The notes below the pieces were generated by a model, which was given only the letters and a program-made list of their open reading frames with translations, was not told where the DNA came from and did not search any database. DNA of 20,197 nucleotides, the filler included, from Dicyema japonicum (Eukaryota; Animalia; Dicyemida), in NCBI GenBank assembly GCA_011109175.1. It is 3 parts of 3 records of this genome, joined end to end, with 100 filler letters (N's around TTAATTAATTAA, not from the genome) between each part and the next. Parts side by side here need not be neighbours in the genome. Positions count along the whole stretch, not along the records: positions 1 to 7,274 come from RDEW01000265.1; positions 7,375 to 11,762 come from RDEW01000057.1; 1 more part is not named here. One strand, written 5' to 3'. How positions within the stretch are numbered: the stretch's first letter is position 1; the number at the start of each line of letters is the position of its first letter. The translations under genes and the position numbers were made by a program. This document shows positions 1 to 10,423 of this stretch, piece after piece.

Positions 1-923
1 CGAACTCCTAATTAGTTTCGTGTAATCTAAAGAATCAAATCCATAACAAAACCAGTGACTTCCGAGGAGTCCTGATATGGTAGTTAAAATTCCGTTTAAC
101 TATGACCCCCGAAAGTTGGACTCCGGTATTCATTCATTTAATGGAAGCCATTTTCACGATTATCTAGAATTGGAAATATTGCCTGAGTACTTTAGCGGTT
201 TGTTCTACCATAAAATACAAATCTATATGTTCTGTAATATCGATGTTATAAGACGGATCAACCTCATATTCCCTTTTAAGAGCAGTCTTCAGTCTCCCCA
301 TTACAGTTCTGAAGAGTACACCTTACTACCTATTAGTTATGGAACTGGCATTACATGAGGAGATCCCACTCTACTATAACAAATATATTTCGACTGATGT
401 GTAGATCAAATCCATCGATCATCTCACAGGCATCTACAACAAATGACATTTTCATCATCCAAGGAAATGTCAGTAGAAACAGACTAATTGCTTTTACAAC
501 ATAATATATTTCCGACAAGGCGAAATATTTGAAGACAGGTGGAGAATTCCTGTGGCATGTTTAGACAACTTGGTTGACTTGGAGGAAGATATTGCACATC
601 CAAGAATTTCCATTAAGTTTCTGAGAATAATAAGTTAATAAAATCTCGAAATTGTCCCCAAAGTTCAATTCATTTTAAGCATTCAAATGTAAGAGTTTCA
701 CCGAATTAATCGCTGGAATATAGACAAAAAACATAGAATGACGACTATTCCAATTCCATGTACTCATTAAGATTCCGAGGACTGCGTTACTCGAAAAAAT
801 TTTGAGGAATAAAAAATAAAAATACATGGAGAGAATAAACCGATTATTTTAGAAATAATGTTATTTTTGTTTATTTATCGAGCTTTATGGAAAACATCAG
901 ATTTTGAGTCAATTCGTGCCCAG

Positions 924-1399
924 ACTATAAGTGTTATTATTATTATTATTATAAGCACTTATCGCTATGTCATAGGACTTGACAAAGCATGTGCAACACG
1001 AGTTAGCAAATCACTGGTTAGTTTCATCCACTTCCTCCTATTCAAAGCCGCAGCGCGCAACCAGTCCAGATCCTCTCCACTTGCAAGATGCCGTCCCATT
1101 TCTTTAAGGTCCTCGTCGAGAACGACTGCCAGTGTCGTCCTTGGGCGACCACGGAAACGGGGGGCCTCCAACATGAAGTAATCCTCCATGGCTACGTTCG
1201 CGGGGGCATCTAGGTCCAGTCGCAGAATATGGCCGAAAAGCCTCCATCGTGTATCCAGAATCTCATTAGAAATTTTTGAGGTCTTCGTCCTCTTATAGAG
1301 AAGATTAGATGACATCCTCGTATCACTTCTTTCGAACATCATATGCCGTAGTTGGTCTCTATGAAACGCATTAAGCCTCTTCAGTTCACTATAAGTGTT
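924..1399 (-). mobile_element. 5'-truncated RTE-type non-LTR retrotransposon (ORF2 C-terminus) with (TAA)n tail and 12-bp target-site duplication
   Basis: ORF 965..1342 has RWRLFGHILRL...RGRPRTTL...DLDWLRAAALNRRKW, typical of the RTE-clade RT C-terminus. The 3' tail is (TAA)n at about 936-952. ACTATAAGTGTT occurs identically at 924-935 and 1388-1399. Confidence 0.9.
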
Positions 1400-1419
1400 C
1401 TACATAGAAATAATTAACA

Positions 1420-2325
1420 ATTTTATTATTTTTGGAAAAATTTCTGATCCGGCTAAAACATCTGGATGACCTGATAATATTAAACAACCCTACATTCAAC
1501 ACAAGGACTCCCTACAGAGCGAATGACAGGACATTGTCTCCCGATCTCACTCTTGCCTCACCAAACATCGCAACATTAACAAAATGGACAGTGTTATACG
1601 AGACCAGCAATGACCATAATCCCGTTTTAATTACGTCTGAAAGAAGAGTGTCAATTGTAAAGAAACCTGTTTTATTTATCGACTACAAAAATGTCAACTG
1701 GAAAAAGTTCTCAGATTTTGTCGACTACTATCTATTTGACTTTCATTTATCCATTTTCAACTCCATCGATAAAGCACTACACTATTTTAATAGAGTGGTA
1801 CGCGAGGAAATGAAAATTTGTATTAAAAAAAGGCCACTGACCTCAAGAAAGAAGTCTTCCCCCAAAACGATCCACTCATAAAAGAAAGAAATTACCAAAA
1901 AATTCTTCAAAAACAATCCTGGGAAACAAGATTGAGAATTCGTAACATTAGAAAGAGAGATCAGGAACAATGCAAAAAAGAAACAATAGAAAGTTTGGAA
2001 AAACCTCATGTCCAATCTAAACAAGCAGAACTCCTCTACAAAAATGTGGAAAACACTTAGAAGCGTAATTAACGCTGACAACCCGGCCACACGTGATGAA
2101 ATAGAAAACAAGATCTTCCTAAACAAACTTATGAGTACTACTCTTCCACGAGTTTCAGCCCATATAAGAAATTCGAAAGTCCATCCATCCTAGCCCTAAA
2201 CCTAAAAGAGCTACCTCCCCGATTCTCCTCTCTGTGGAGAACGTCAGAATATGGTCAAGGGTCAAAGTCGACTAATTCTTGTGGTCCGGACGGAATTTCT
2301 GCAATAGTTCTGAAAAACATAGGCC
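1420..2325 (+). mobile_element. Degenerate LINE ORF2 fragment (APE endonuclease C-terminus, linker, start of RT), Jockey/I-like
   Basis: LIILNN..T...SPDLTLAS...W.V....SNDHNPV and NVNWKKF in ORF 1432..1881. After stops and frameshifts, SCGPDGISAIVLKNIG follows (GPDGI from 2283), the motif preceding the LINE RT domain. Confidence 0.85.
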
Positions 2326-2341
2326 TTTATTAATATTGTAG

Positions 2342-2690
2342 ACTTGTGTCGCGGATGAGGTTTTCAACGATTTGTGTAGTAAAATTGACTCGTGGTTGGA
2401 GGAGAGTTCAAAGTGTGCAAAACTAATTTCGGAAATGGAGGATTTTTATGAGCAGTTGGTGGCTGTGAAGGAGTTTGTTAGCAAAACAAACGGATTTGAG
2501 AACAAAATTGTGGAATCCGAGAATTTTGCCGGAGTATGGGTTCTGTCACTTTTAGTTTACGAGTGAAAATGATAGGCGGTATGACATCCAGAGGATGAGG
2601 ATCGACTTTAATAGACTGAGGAATAGGACGGAGAAGCTTTACTGTAAAGTGGAGAGCAATGTCAAGGTAGTCAGAAAAAAGAAGCAATGA
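2342..2690 (+). CDS. Last two exons of a coiled-coil/spectrin-repeat-like protein (5' part absent, abuts LINE fragment)
   Basis: AG acceptor at 2340-2341, exon 2342-2533, 22-nt GT-AG intron 2534-2555, exon 2556-2690 in frame to TGA. Product VFNDLCSKIDSWLEESSK...YDIQRMRIDFNRLRNRTEKL resembles spectrin-repeat helices. Family assignment is tentative. Confidence 0.55.
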
Positions 2691-2896
2691 ATGAGTAACA
2701 ACTTAGTTAGTTTAATTTTCTTTGATTTGTGATTTTGTTGGTTTGTATTATACTTGTTTAATATGATTTGGGAAAACATTTTTAATTTTAAAATTTGAAA
2801 AAAATTAACATTAAAAAGTTAACTTTATAAATCTATTAACCAAACTTTTTAACCTTAAATTTTTTTTAATTAACAAATTTTAATTTAAAAATTAAA

Positions 2897-3694
2897 TTAA
2901 GGCATCTGAATGGCAATGCTATTTCCCCTAACAATAGCCAACGAGATACGTTCTCGGAACCAACCAGTCTCTCGCGGATCCTTGGTCACAGCTTGAATCA
3001 TGGAGCCGATCTTACGAACCAACTCATCTGCTTGGGGGCCAAGGATTCCTGACGTTTCCACCGCGAATGGAACAAATATATACTCCTCCGAAATTCTCTG
3101 GTACTTCCTCCTCTTTCGTTCCTCGGCCTGCTTCGAAGCATGTCCTGGGTCTGAAGCAGAAGCAACCAAATTAGACGGGGAATAAGTATCAACACACGTC
3201 GCGTCCCAGATCAGGTTTCGTCCGTTGGCGAATGGAAAAGTCGTCATCCCATCAGGGCGTTTTCCATCGTTTCGAGAAAGACCAGCAGGTTCTAACAGGC
3301 AATGGTGTCCAGCAGAGGCAAGGGAATTCTTTAATGTCATGTTAAGGCAGGAGTGCCTGGGGAAACGACCCGCACTCATCTTGCATGACAAGGGATGATA
3401 ACCAAAAGGATCGATCCAACGTCCACAGCGGCATTTTCTTTCGGCACACAATTTAAGACCAAGACGAAGCGAGGTAGCTATTCTCACAGCCTCATCATCC
3501 AACAGGTTTCCAATTTCGGCAGATGGAAAAGCGTTCATCCAGGCCCCCGTCGAGTGACAACTGGCTGTTTTGAGGCAAGCAAGCCTTCTTATATCTTCCG
3601 TCTTTTCAAGGGATTCTTTCTTCTTTTCGAAGACACAAAACAAATAGGACTTTTGCTTATCACAATTGACCGGAGCAATTAGGTACAAATTCAT
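2897..3694 (-). mobile_element. CRE-clade non-LTR retrotransposon C-terminal region (zinc knuckle + restriction-like endonuclease), copy 1, uninterrupted 265-aa ORF
   Basis: GAWMNAFPS, SLRLGL, CRCG...GYHPLSC, RHSCLN, EP, RPDG...WDATC, AEERKRRKY, FVPFAVETSG, RISLAIVRGN. No RT domain is present and the first ~25 aa are not CRE-like. Confidence 0.9.
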
Positions 3695-3791
3695 CCATTT
3701 TTAAATTAAAAAAAATTAACTTTATTTATTCGCAATTTGAACTTGTAAAATATTTATACGAAACAATAAAAGACAAATGTTGTTTTAAAAA

Positions 3792-4290
3792 CTATTTATT
3801 GAAATTGGACATTACGTAATTTTCCCAAATTTCGTGTACAAAAGTTTCTGTTTGTTTCAAAAAAACTCTTGAATTGCTAAAAACATTTTTCGACAGATTC
3901 CGAGGATAGCTGACAATATAGAAGGACAAATAATCTTTAGAAGAGACATTTTTACATTCCATATTAATAATTCTAGTTAGGTCGCTTCCCAAAATTCTCT
4001 TCTCCAAATATTGTTTGACCTTAGTTTCATCTTTCATAAAATTTATTGCACCAAGCTTCGAATATACGTACTCTATTGTATACTCGTTACTTTCCAAATT
4101 GTAATATTTTTATATGTGATAAATTACAATTTAAATAAAAATTTCGAATATTTGAATAGTTGCAGCCTTCAACCGGGTACCCCATCTAGTCAATACGACT
4201 TTAGAGGAATTACAATTTCGGAAAACAACAATTTTTGCTTTTGGTTCTTCCTAATAGAAGCTTGTACGCTAGCTAATATAGATTTAATTT
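3792..4290 (-). mobile_element. Degenerate hAT-superfamily transposase C-terminal fragment
   Basis: VLTRWGTRLKAA at about 4160-4197. In a frame alternative to ORF 3792..4097, CQLSSESVEKCF*QFKSFFETNRNF matches the hAT dimerisation motif (S..VERxFS). Several frameshifts. Confidence 0.65.
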
Positions 4291-4399
4291 TAAGTTTAAT
4301 TCTGATTTAATTTAGACTTTTTTTGAATGGAAATACAGAGAAGTTGAAATCTGTTTGAAATGGGACTAAGTCTTCTGAGTCTTTCTGGACTTCGTAGAT

Positions 4400-4615
4400 G
4401 ATAATGTAATCGAACACATCAAGAAAGAATCCACAAGAGGGGGGAGGAGACTCCGGACCATGAAGGTCTGTCTTCGCTCTGGAGCAGAGGCAGAGATGAT
4501 CTGCCTTGAGAAAGTACGAATTGGGTACTAGTTTTGGTGTTGTCCTAAAGCGAACAACAACAATCCAGTGCTATAGCTGCCAAGGATTCGGTCACACCAG
4601 CCAATGCACTTATAA
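4400..4615 (+). mobile_element. LINE ORF1 (gag-like) zinc-knuckle remnant
   Basis: IQCYSCQGFGHTSQC from 4563, matching the QCxxCQxxGH knuckle of Jockey/I-type ORF1. Confidence 0.6.
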
Positions 4616-5489
4616 GTTAATGGGAGTTTATATCTGAAAGACACAAGTGGAATCCACAAAATTGTCATCAATTTGATAATCATGAAGAGATGTAATTAGT
4701 AGCTACGCAAATTTATCAATTGGGCAAAAGGGTTATTTATATAATATCGATTTAGAAAAAACGTCGTTGAGTCAACATCTAGCGAAACTAACAATTACAA
4801 ATATATATCACACAATATTGTCGAAATACATGAAACGTACCAAAAATTAATTAAGTGACACTTTTGACTTTTCATGGAGTTGTCATTGGTGGTGCTGGTC
4901 AGATGAGGGGACCCAAAACTCTGATCCATCCCAGAGGTTAAAATAGTGGATTAGTTCCTTAAGAAGGTACGTATAGGTTACTTTAGGTGGTGTGGCCCGA
5001 GAGCGATCCGTAGCAATCTAGTGCTAAAGATGTCAAGGATTCGGCCACATCAGCTCCCTCTGCACTTACAAAAAGAAGTGTCAAAATTGTATTAATGACA
5101 TACGTGATAAATTAAAAAAAGGCTGAATTTTCTAAAATCAGAAAAAACCAAAAATAAACTGACAACTTTCCAGTAATTCAAAAATATAGAGAAAACTGTT
5201 GACAGGTGACTATATAAATTTCTCTAATATGATAATAAACTGAAATAATGATCAGAAATATTTAAATTTTTCTTCTTTTAGTAAATATGAAGTTTTCTAA
5301 TCACTAATCAATTTATTTCACAATTTGTCTGGCTTTTATTCACTAAAATGAAAATTTAGTAGAGAATCTTAGTAATTCTCGTTTGGGTTAGTTTTATTAT
5401 TGATTCTAGTCATACGTTATTTATCGATTAGATTTCTCTACTGATTCACATTGGTTTACTTGAAAATTATACAATTTACAATTTGGGCA

Positions 5490-5765
5490 ATGAATTGAAT
5501 TCAACCTAATCGGATGATCAATTACCTGAGTTTTTCGAAAATAAGCCCATGTCAAAAAAAGCAATGCAAATAAATTAACAGTAAAACCTCTCGAATGATA
5601 TCAAGAATTCGTGTCAAGACTGCAAATAAATGATCCAATTCCAGAAGATGAGTTTCTTCTCTATGAGTATACAGAAAATGAAGAGATCCTGGAAAATTTG
5701 GATGAAAATGATGAAGACAAAGAATGCATCAATGATGGAGAACAAAATAATGAAAAAGTCGTTTT
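5490..5765 (+). mobile_element. Probable pogo/Tigger transposase acidic C-terminal remnant
   Basis: FVSRLQINDPIPEDEFLLYEYTENEEILENL is visibly homologous to IIDKLMVSTPIKEGEFINFTYSENDELHEFL at about 9175-9270. An acidic tail is typical of pogo/CENP-B-like transposases (family is inference). Confidence 0.4.
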
Positions 5766-6288
5766 CGAGGGTGAGTATATCGAAAGGTCAGGTGATGTGT
5801 TTAGATCTCCAGGATCATATCCACATTTTTTGTGTTGGTTGCGGTTGTTCAGTATGACAAGTTTCGAGGTGATTTGTTCTTTTGCTGTCTGTTAACTGAG
5901 TCGAATACTATAGTGGGTCAGTAGCATTAGGGTCATGATAACGTAATTGAAGTTGAGTAGGAACTCCAGGCATCATGATGAAGACGGAATGTAGATATTA
6001 ATGAGGTGATGGATAGTCTGGAGTCTNCGAGGGTGAGTATATCGAAAGGTCAGGTGATGTGTTTGGATCTCCAGGATCACTTCCACATTTTTTGTGTTGG
6101 TTGCGGTTGTTCAGTATGACAAGTTTCGAGGCGATTTGTTCTTTTGCTGTCTGTTAACTGATTCGAATACTATAGTAGGTTATTAGCATTAAGGTCATGA
6201 TAACGTAATTGAAGTTGAGTAGGAATTCAAGGCATCATGATGAAGACGGAATGTAGATATTAATGAGGTGACGGATAGTCTGGAGTCT
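5766..6288. repeat. 261-bp near-identical tandem duplication split by a single N
   Basis: 5766-6026 and 6028-6288, N at 6027, scattered SNPs and 1-nt indels. Confidence 0.95.
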
Positions 6289-6390
6289 TACAGAAAAAAC
6301 TTATCAATTTTGTCTCTTGTCAAAGAGTCCGTTAGTTCAACGTGTTTTGGTGTGATCCCATTAATGTTCAGTTGTAAGATTCTGATTCTC
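5766..6390 (-). mobile_element. LINE ORF2 N-terminal APE endonuclease remnant (contains 261-bp duplication)
   Basis: Minus strand from about 6385 reads RILQLNINGITPKHVELTDSLTRDKIDKFFL*DSRL, the canonical start of the APE domain (LQxNxNG...D...QE). Confidence 0.75.
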
Positions 6391-6564
6391 CTGACATCAG
6401 GACGATCTCATTGGAGCGAAGTCTCTGTGCTCGCGCAAAAAGACAGAATATAATAAAAATGTCAAAAAACGGAGACAATGCAGACAGAAAATCTCACACA
6501 ATTATTTTATTTATTTTTTTTCTCAACGACCCAATTTATATATTTTTGTTTTATTTTTTAATAC

Positions 6565-6946
6565 CAAAACTAGATCTGAGTGGACTAGATGTCATATACA
6601 AACAGTTCATCGAGTCCACAATAGAATACGCATGTAATGTCTGAGGATCTAACCTTACTGCAACGAATTTGGACAAGATCTGCGACATTCAAGTGAAGTC
6701 AGCAAACCTGCTAAGGAAATATTCCCGTGTGGAATTCCTACCCAGAAACCTAGAAATATGATAAAGGCGACTGGAACAGTGCCCTTGCGAAGTACTCGAG
6801 TATACGGACCACGTCCATATCGGAAATGCGCATGAACGCAGTCGGAATACTGAGAAAAGATGCGAAGACTGTTCAAGGAAGCTGGGATCCCCTGAATTTT
6901 GTTTATTTTGGATTTGACGGTTGTTTTCCTGTTCAATAATAATAAT
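6565..6946 (+). mobile_element. LINE ORF2 C-terminal fragment with (AAT)n 3' tail
   Basis: YKQFIESTIEYACNV*GSNLTATNLDKICDIQ (post-RT Y.....P.LEYA..VW motif). (AAT)4 tail at 6935-6946. Confidence 0.7.
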
Positions 6947-6974
6947 ACGGTTACACCAAACTAATTAATCAATT

Positions 6975-7275
6975 GTTCCCAGCACGCCCTAGTAGAAACC
7001 TCGACTTGACCCGATGCTCCTCCCTCGACACCACACAAGCACGTACAACGGGATGTTCCTCTGTTCTTACGAATTGAAGATTTAGAGAGATTGGAGACTG
7101 GGACTTTTCAGAAATTTAGAGGATCTTTTTTTGGCTAGATCGATTTTCCAAACACTTGTCCAAGTATGAATGGACCCCAAATTTTACATGCATACAAAAT
7201 GCATGGCTCAATGTATTGGTTGTACCTTGTCAATAGTGTCGACATTCTTGTTTAAGTAAATTTATCCTGTATGGN
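6975..7275 (-). mobile_element. Second degenerate LINE post-RT fragment
   Basis: Minus strand reads TLLTRYNQYIEPCILYAC..WGP, the same motif class as the 6565-6946 fragment. Confidence 0.55.
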
Positions 7276-7374
7276 NNNNNNNNNNNNNNNNNNNNNNNNN
7301 NNNNNNNNNNNNNNNNNNTTAATTAATTAANNNNNNNNNNNNNNNNNNNNNNNNNNNNNNNNNNNNNNNNNNNN
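7276..7374. other. Assembly gap with TTAATTAATTAA six-frame-stop linker
   Basis: N-run flanking TTAATTAATTAA. An identical construct is at 11763-11862. Confidence 0.95.
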
Positions 7375-7685
7375 CAATAATTTGGGCGGCGGCCAGCATT
7401 CTCCCTCTCTTACGGGTCGCTAAGGAGTTCGCAACCTGTTTGCAGATCATGGAATTAAACTTTTATTTCCTTTAAATTAAAGTATTATTTGTTTATTAAG
7501 TTATTGAAATCCGGAATAATCAAGGTTGAAGATGTTCGTAGCAACTGACTCAAGTGATGATCTGTTAGTTTGTTACGATATTTATGTTTTATTCGAATCA
7601 TTTTACTAAATATTGATTCGCATACATATGTAGATCCAAACATTGATATATTCATATATGCATTGTATGTTATATTTTGGAACTT

Positions 7686-7848
7686 TTCTTGAGGAAGTAA
7701 TTCGTAAAAATTAAGGATTGAAGAATTTTTGAATAACGCCGCCAGTTCTATATCATGTTGTAAATTAATGAGTTTTAGCTGAAACTTTGTTCTAGCTTCT
7801 TGAGGAAGTAATTCGTAAAAATTAAGGATTGAAGAATTTTTGAATAAC
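7686..7848. repeat. 52-bp exact direct repeat inside hAT remnant
   Basis: 7686-7737 = 7797-7848 (period 111). Confidence 0.9.
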
Positions 7849-8283
7849 ATCTCAATATTCAGCATCAACTTGTTCCAAAAAAGATTTAAAATATCGATGA
7901 TTGAGTGCTTTTGAGCGTATCCAGTTTACGATATTAACAACTTTTTTAGAAACATAATCCATTTTAATAGATTTGGCAATTTTACTTTAAAAAATTACGA
8001 TATAAGCTGATTCTCGATATCATCTGATATTAATTGTATTTTTCTCGTAACAGTATCATTGATAAGTGTTAATTTTCTAGCAATGTCTTGTATTGTGCTA
8101 GGACAACACTCATTCGCAAATATCTGAATTGCCTCCTTGAATATTTCCCCATCAGTATACGGCTTCATATGTGCTCCAATCAAATGGCATATTTTCAATG
8201 AAGCCATTGTTGTATCATTGTTGGTTGCTCCACTTTTAAAATATGACGTTTTTTTAATATATTCTGATTTAAGAAAGTTCAGT

Positions 8284-8573
8284 TTTCTTTTTCTTGACTC
8301 GCCTAAAATACTATTAATCAATGAGGTTTTCACCTAGATAGGAGTCGAATTTGGAAGAGTGCCGCCGATAATGTCGTTCAATGGTATACGTTTTTAATGT
8401 GTTTAGCGTCGCATAGCATATAAGGCACTTTCTTTTTCTTGACTCGCCTAAAATACTATTAATCAATGAGGTTTTCACCTAGATAGGATTCAAATTTGGA
8501 AGAGTGCCGCCGATAATGTCGTTCAATGGTATACGTTTTTAATGTGTTTAGCGTCGCATAGCATATAAGGCAC
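8284..8573. repeat. 145-bp tandem duplication inside hAT remnant
   Basis: 8284-8428 and 8429-8573, nearly identical. Confidence 0.95.
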
Positions 8574-8899
8574 TGTGCTTTTCCCTTACATTCAACTACA
8601 AAAAATTTTTCTTCCCAGTCTTTTTGAAATACACGATTTTCTTGAGTGATATTTCGATTTCGCTTAATACAACCAGACATAAAGATAAAAAATACCACAC
8701 TAAAATAATTTATTTTAAACTTAAAGTTTGATATAAGAGTAAATAATTAAATCTTAACATTATAAAAAAAATTAACAAAAAAAGTTAGTTGCTCTCCAGG
8801 GGCCGCAAAAATCATCCTGGGGGCCGCATGCGGCCCCGGGGGTTGCATTTGAGAACCGCTGTTCTAGACATTTTAAAAACATTCCTAAAAATGTATTTA

Positions 8900-9460
8900 A
8901 TCATTAATTATATGAAAACAATTTTTATTTTATCAAACAATTACATCAAATATAAAGAAGTGGAAGATGGTTAGTGCCCGATGTACATAAAGCTGCAAAA
9001 CGCTTTTCCAAATCATTAAAGACCTTGAAAAAAATATTTCTCGGACCGAAATCAAAACATATGGCCACATTTGTAGGATTCATTATCAGAAAATATAACT
9101 CTGAAAATCTAAAATTAACNGAAAAAAGCATTGAAGAACCTAAAGGGAGACCATGAAATTAAGAATTTCGGACAAATTATAGATAAATTAATGGTCTCAA
9201 CTCCCATTAAAGAAGGGGAGTTTATAAACTTTACGTACTCTGAAAATGACGAATTACATGAATTTCTTCAAAGCAATACCGATAAAAATGACAATTTAGA
9301 CAGCACAATTACTGCAGATTGTGAAAGAAACAAATACATTACACATCGAGATGCGATAAAAAGTGTTTTGGATCTCAAAAACGACAATTTTGATGTGAAT
9401 ATGCTTAAAAGTTTAATAAAAATGCAAAAGCAGCGATTGCAAATTTACATTACATTGTTA
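8900..9460 (+). mobile_element. Probable pogo/Tigger transposase C-terminal remnant
   Basis: ORF 9131..9484 has an acidic region and an ITHRDAIKSVLDL helix, homologous to 5490-5765. Confidence 0.4.
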
Positions 9461-9469
9461 CCGTTTTCA

Positions 9470-9851
9470 GTTGTAAAGCCTTGACCTGAGTTGGCGATTA
9501 ACAGGCCGCGTTGGAGCCATGTTTTGCGTATTCTGCTCAGTGCCGCGGTAGCCAGCAGCTTTCTGCGGGTAATGTCTTCACTGTCTCCAAGCAGGGAACC
9601 GAGTTTCCTCACATTCCTACAAGTTTCACAAATTTTTGTGTCTATGCGTTTGATCTCATTGAATTCGGTTTTAGAAGTGTTGATTATGAGGAACCACTTA
9701 TTAAGTATCCTTGGAGTGTTGTTTAGAAGATCGATTAGAGCATCTTTGTTGTCCGAAGCGAAGTCAACATCGTCTGCATAGACAATTTCGGTGATAGAGT
9801 CATCGTAGAAAGTTCTCAGATCTCTCAGGGCGGCTTCCAGGTAGATGACAT
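9470..9851 (-). mobile_element. RTE-type reverse transcriptase fragment
   Basis: VIYLEAALRDLR...EIVYADDVDF...W.L.IN..KTE...KLGSLLG.SEDI.RRK.LA..A. YADD at 9769-9780. No start codon, so absent from the ORF track. Confidence 0.9.
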
Positions 9852-10423
9852 TAATTAAAACTCATCAAATAAAAAATCAGAACTGTGTTAAATTGAATTT
9901 ATTCCAAGAAAAATGTTAATTAAATATTATTCAATTAAACTTTGAGAACAATTTCTAAATTTAGGTCAGGTAGACAAAGTATGTTATTAGTAACTGTGGG
10001 TTCGCAAGTATTGCAAACTATTATTAAATAAACAGTTTTTACTATAAGATTCTAGAATCTGCAATGTTCCGGCTCTCAGCTCAACAGTATTATTGATAAA
10101 ACCAACAACATGTGTCATGCCTGAAGGCTGGAATNGATGACATTAATTAAAACTCATCAAATAAAAAATCAGAACTGTGTTAAATTGAATTTATTCCAAG
10201 AAAAATGTTAATTAAATATTATTCAATTAAACTTTGAGAACAATTTTTAAATTTAGGTCAGGTAGACAAAGTATGTTATTAGTTACTGTTGGTTCGCAAG
10301 TGTTGCAAACTATTATTAAATAAAGAGTGTTTACTATAAGATTCTAGAATCTGCAATGTTCCGTCCAGTAGCATAACAGTATTATTGATAAAATTAACAG
10401 GTGTCACGCCTGGAGGCTGAAGT
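9844..10423. repeat. ~290-bp duplication of the LRR gene 3' end split by a single N
   Basis: 9844-10134 vs 10136-10423, N at 10135. 3' flank identical, penultimate exon strongly diverged. Confidence 0.95.

Larger units (their letters stand above)
7375..8861 (-). mobile_element. Internally deleted hAT (Buster/Charlie/SPIN, GTF2IRD2-like) DNA transposon
   Basis: TIR CAGCGGTTCTCAAA (8848-8861, minus) flanked by the Buster-type target TTCTAGAC (8862-8869), with an 18-bp subterminal palindrome at 8820-8837. N-terminal NRVFQKDWEEKFF...CLIC...RHY zinc finger from ATG 8680, KPYTDGEIFKE...NDTVTRKI, and C-terminal SMFGSTYVCESIFSKM...RNKLTD.HL. The DDE core is missing and the other TIR presumably lies in the gap. 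Confidence 0.9.

Noticed and set aside
1-830. Possible decayed multi-exon secreted gene on the minus strand (MYFYFLFLKIF... start) and ORF 77..358
   Set aside because: Several stops and broken splice sites, no recognisable motif, and no consistent model could be built.
4895-5060. Hammerhead-like strings (CAGATGAG...CAAAAC; minus-strand CTGATGTGGCCGAAT)
   Set aside because: Invariant core nucleotides are mismatched and the required helices could not be shown.
7276-7374. Palindromic TTAATTAATTAA inside N-runs (also 11763-11862)
   Set aside because: Artificial scaffolding linker with stops in all six frames, not biological.
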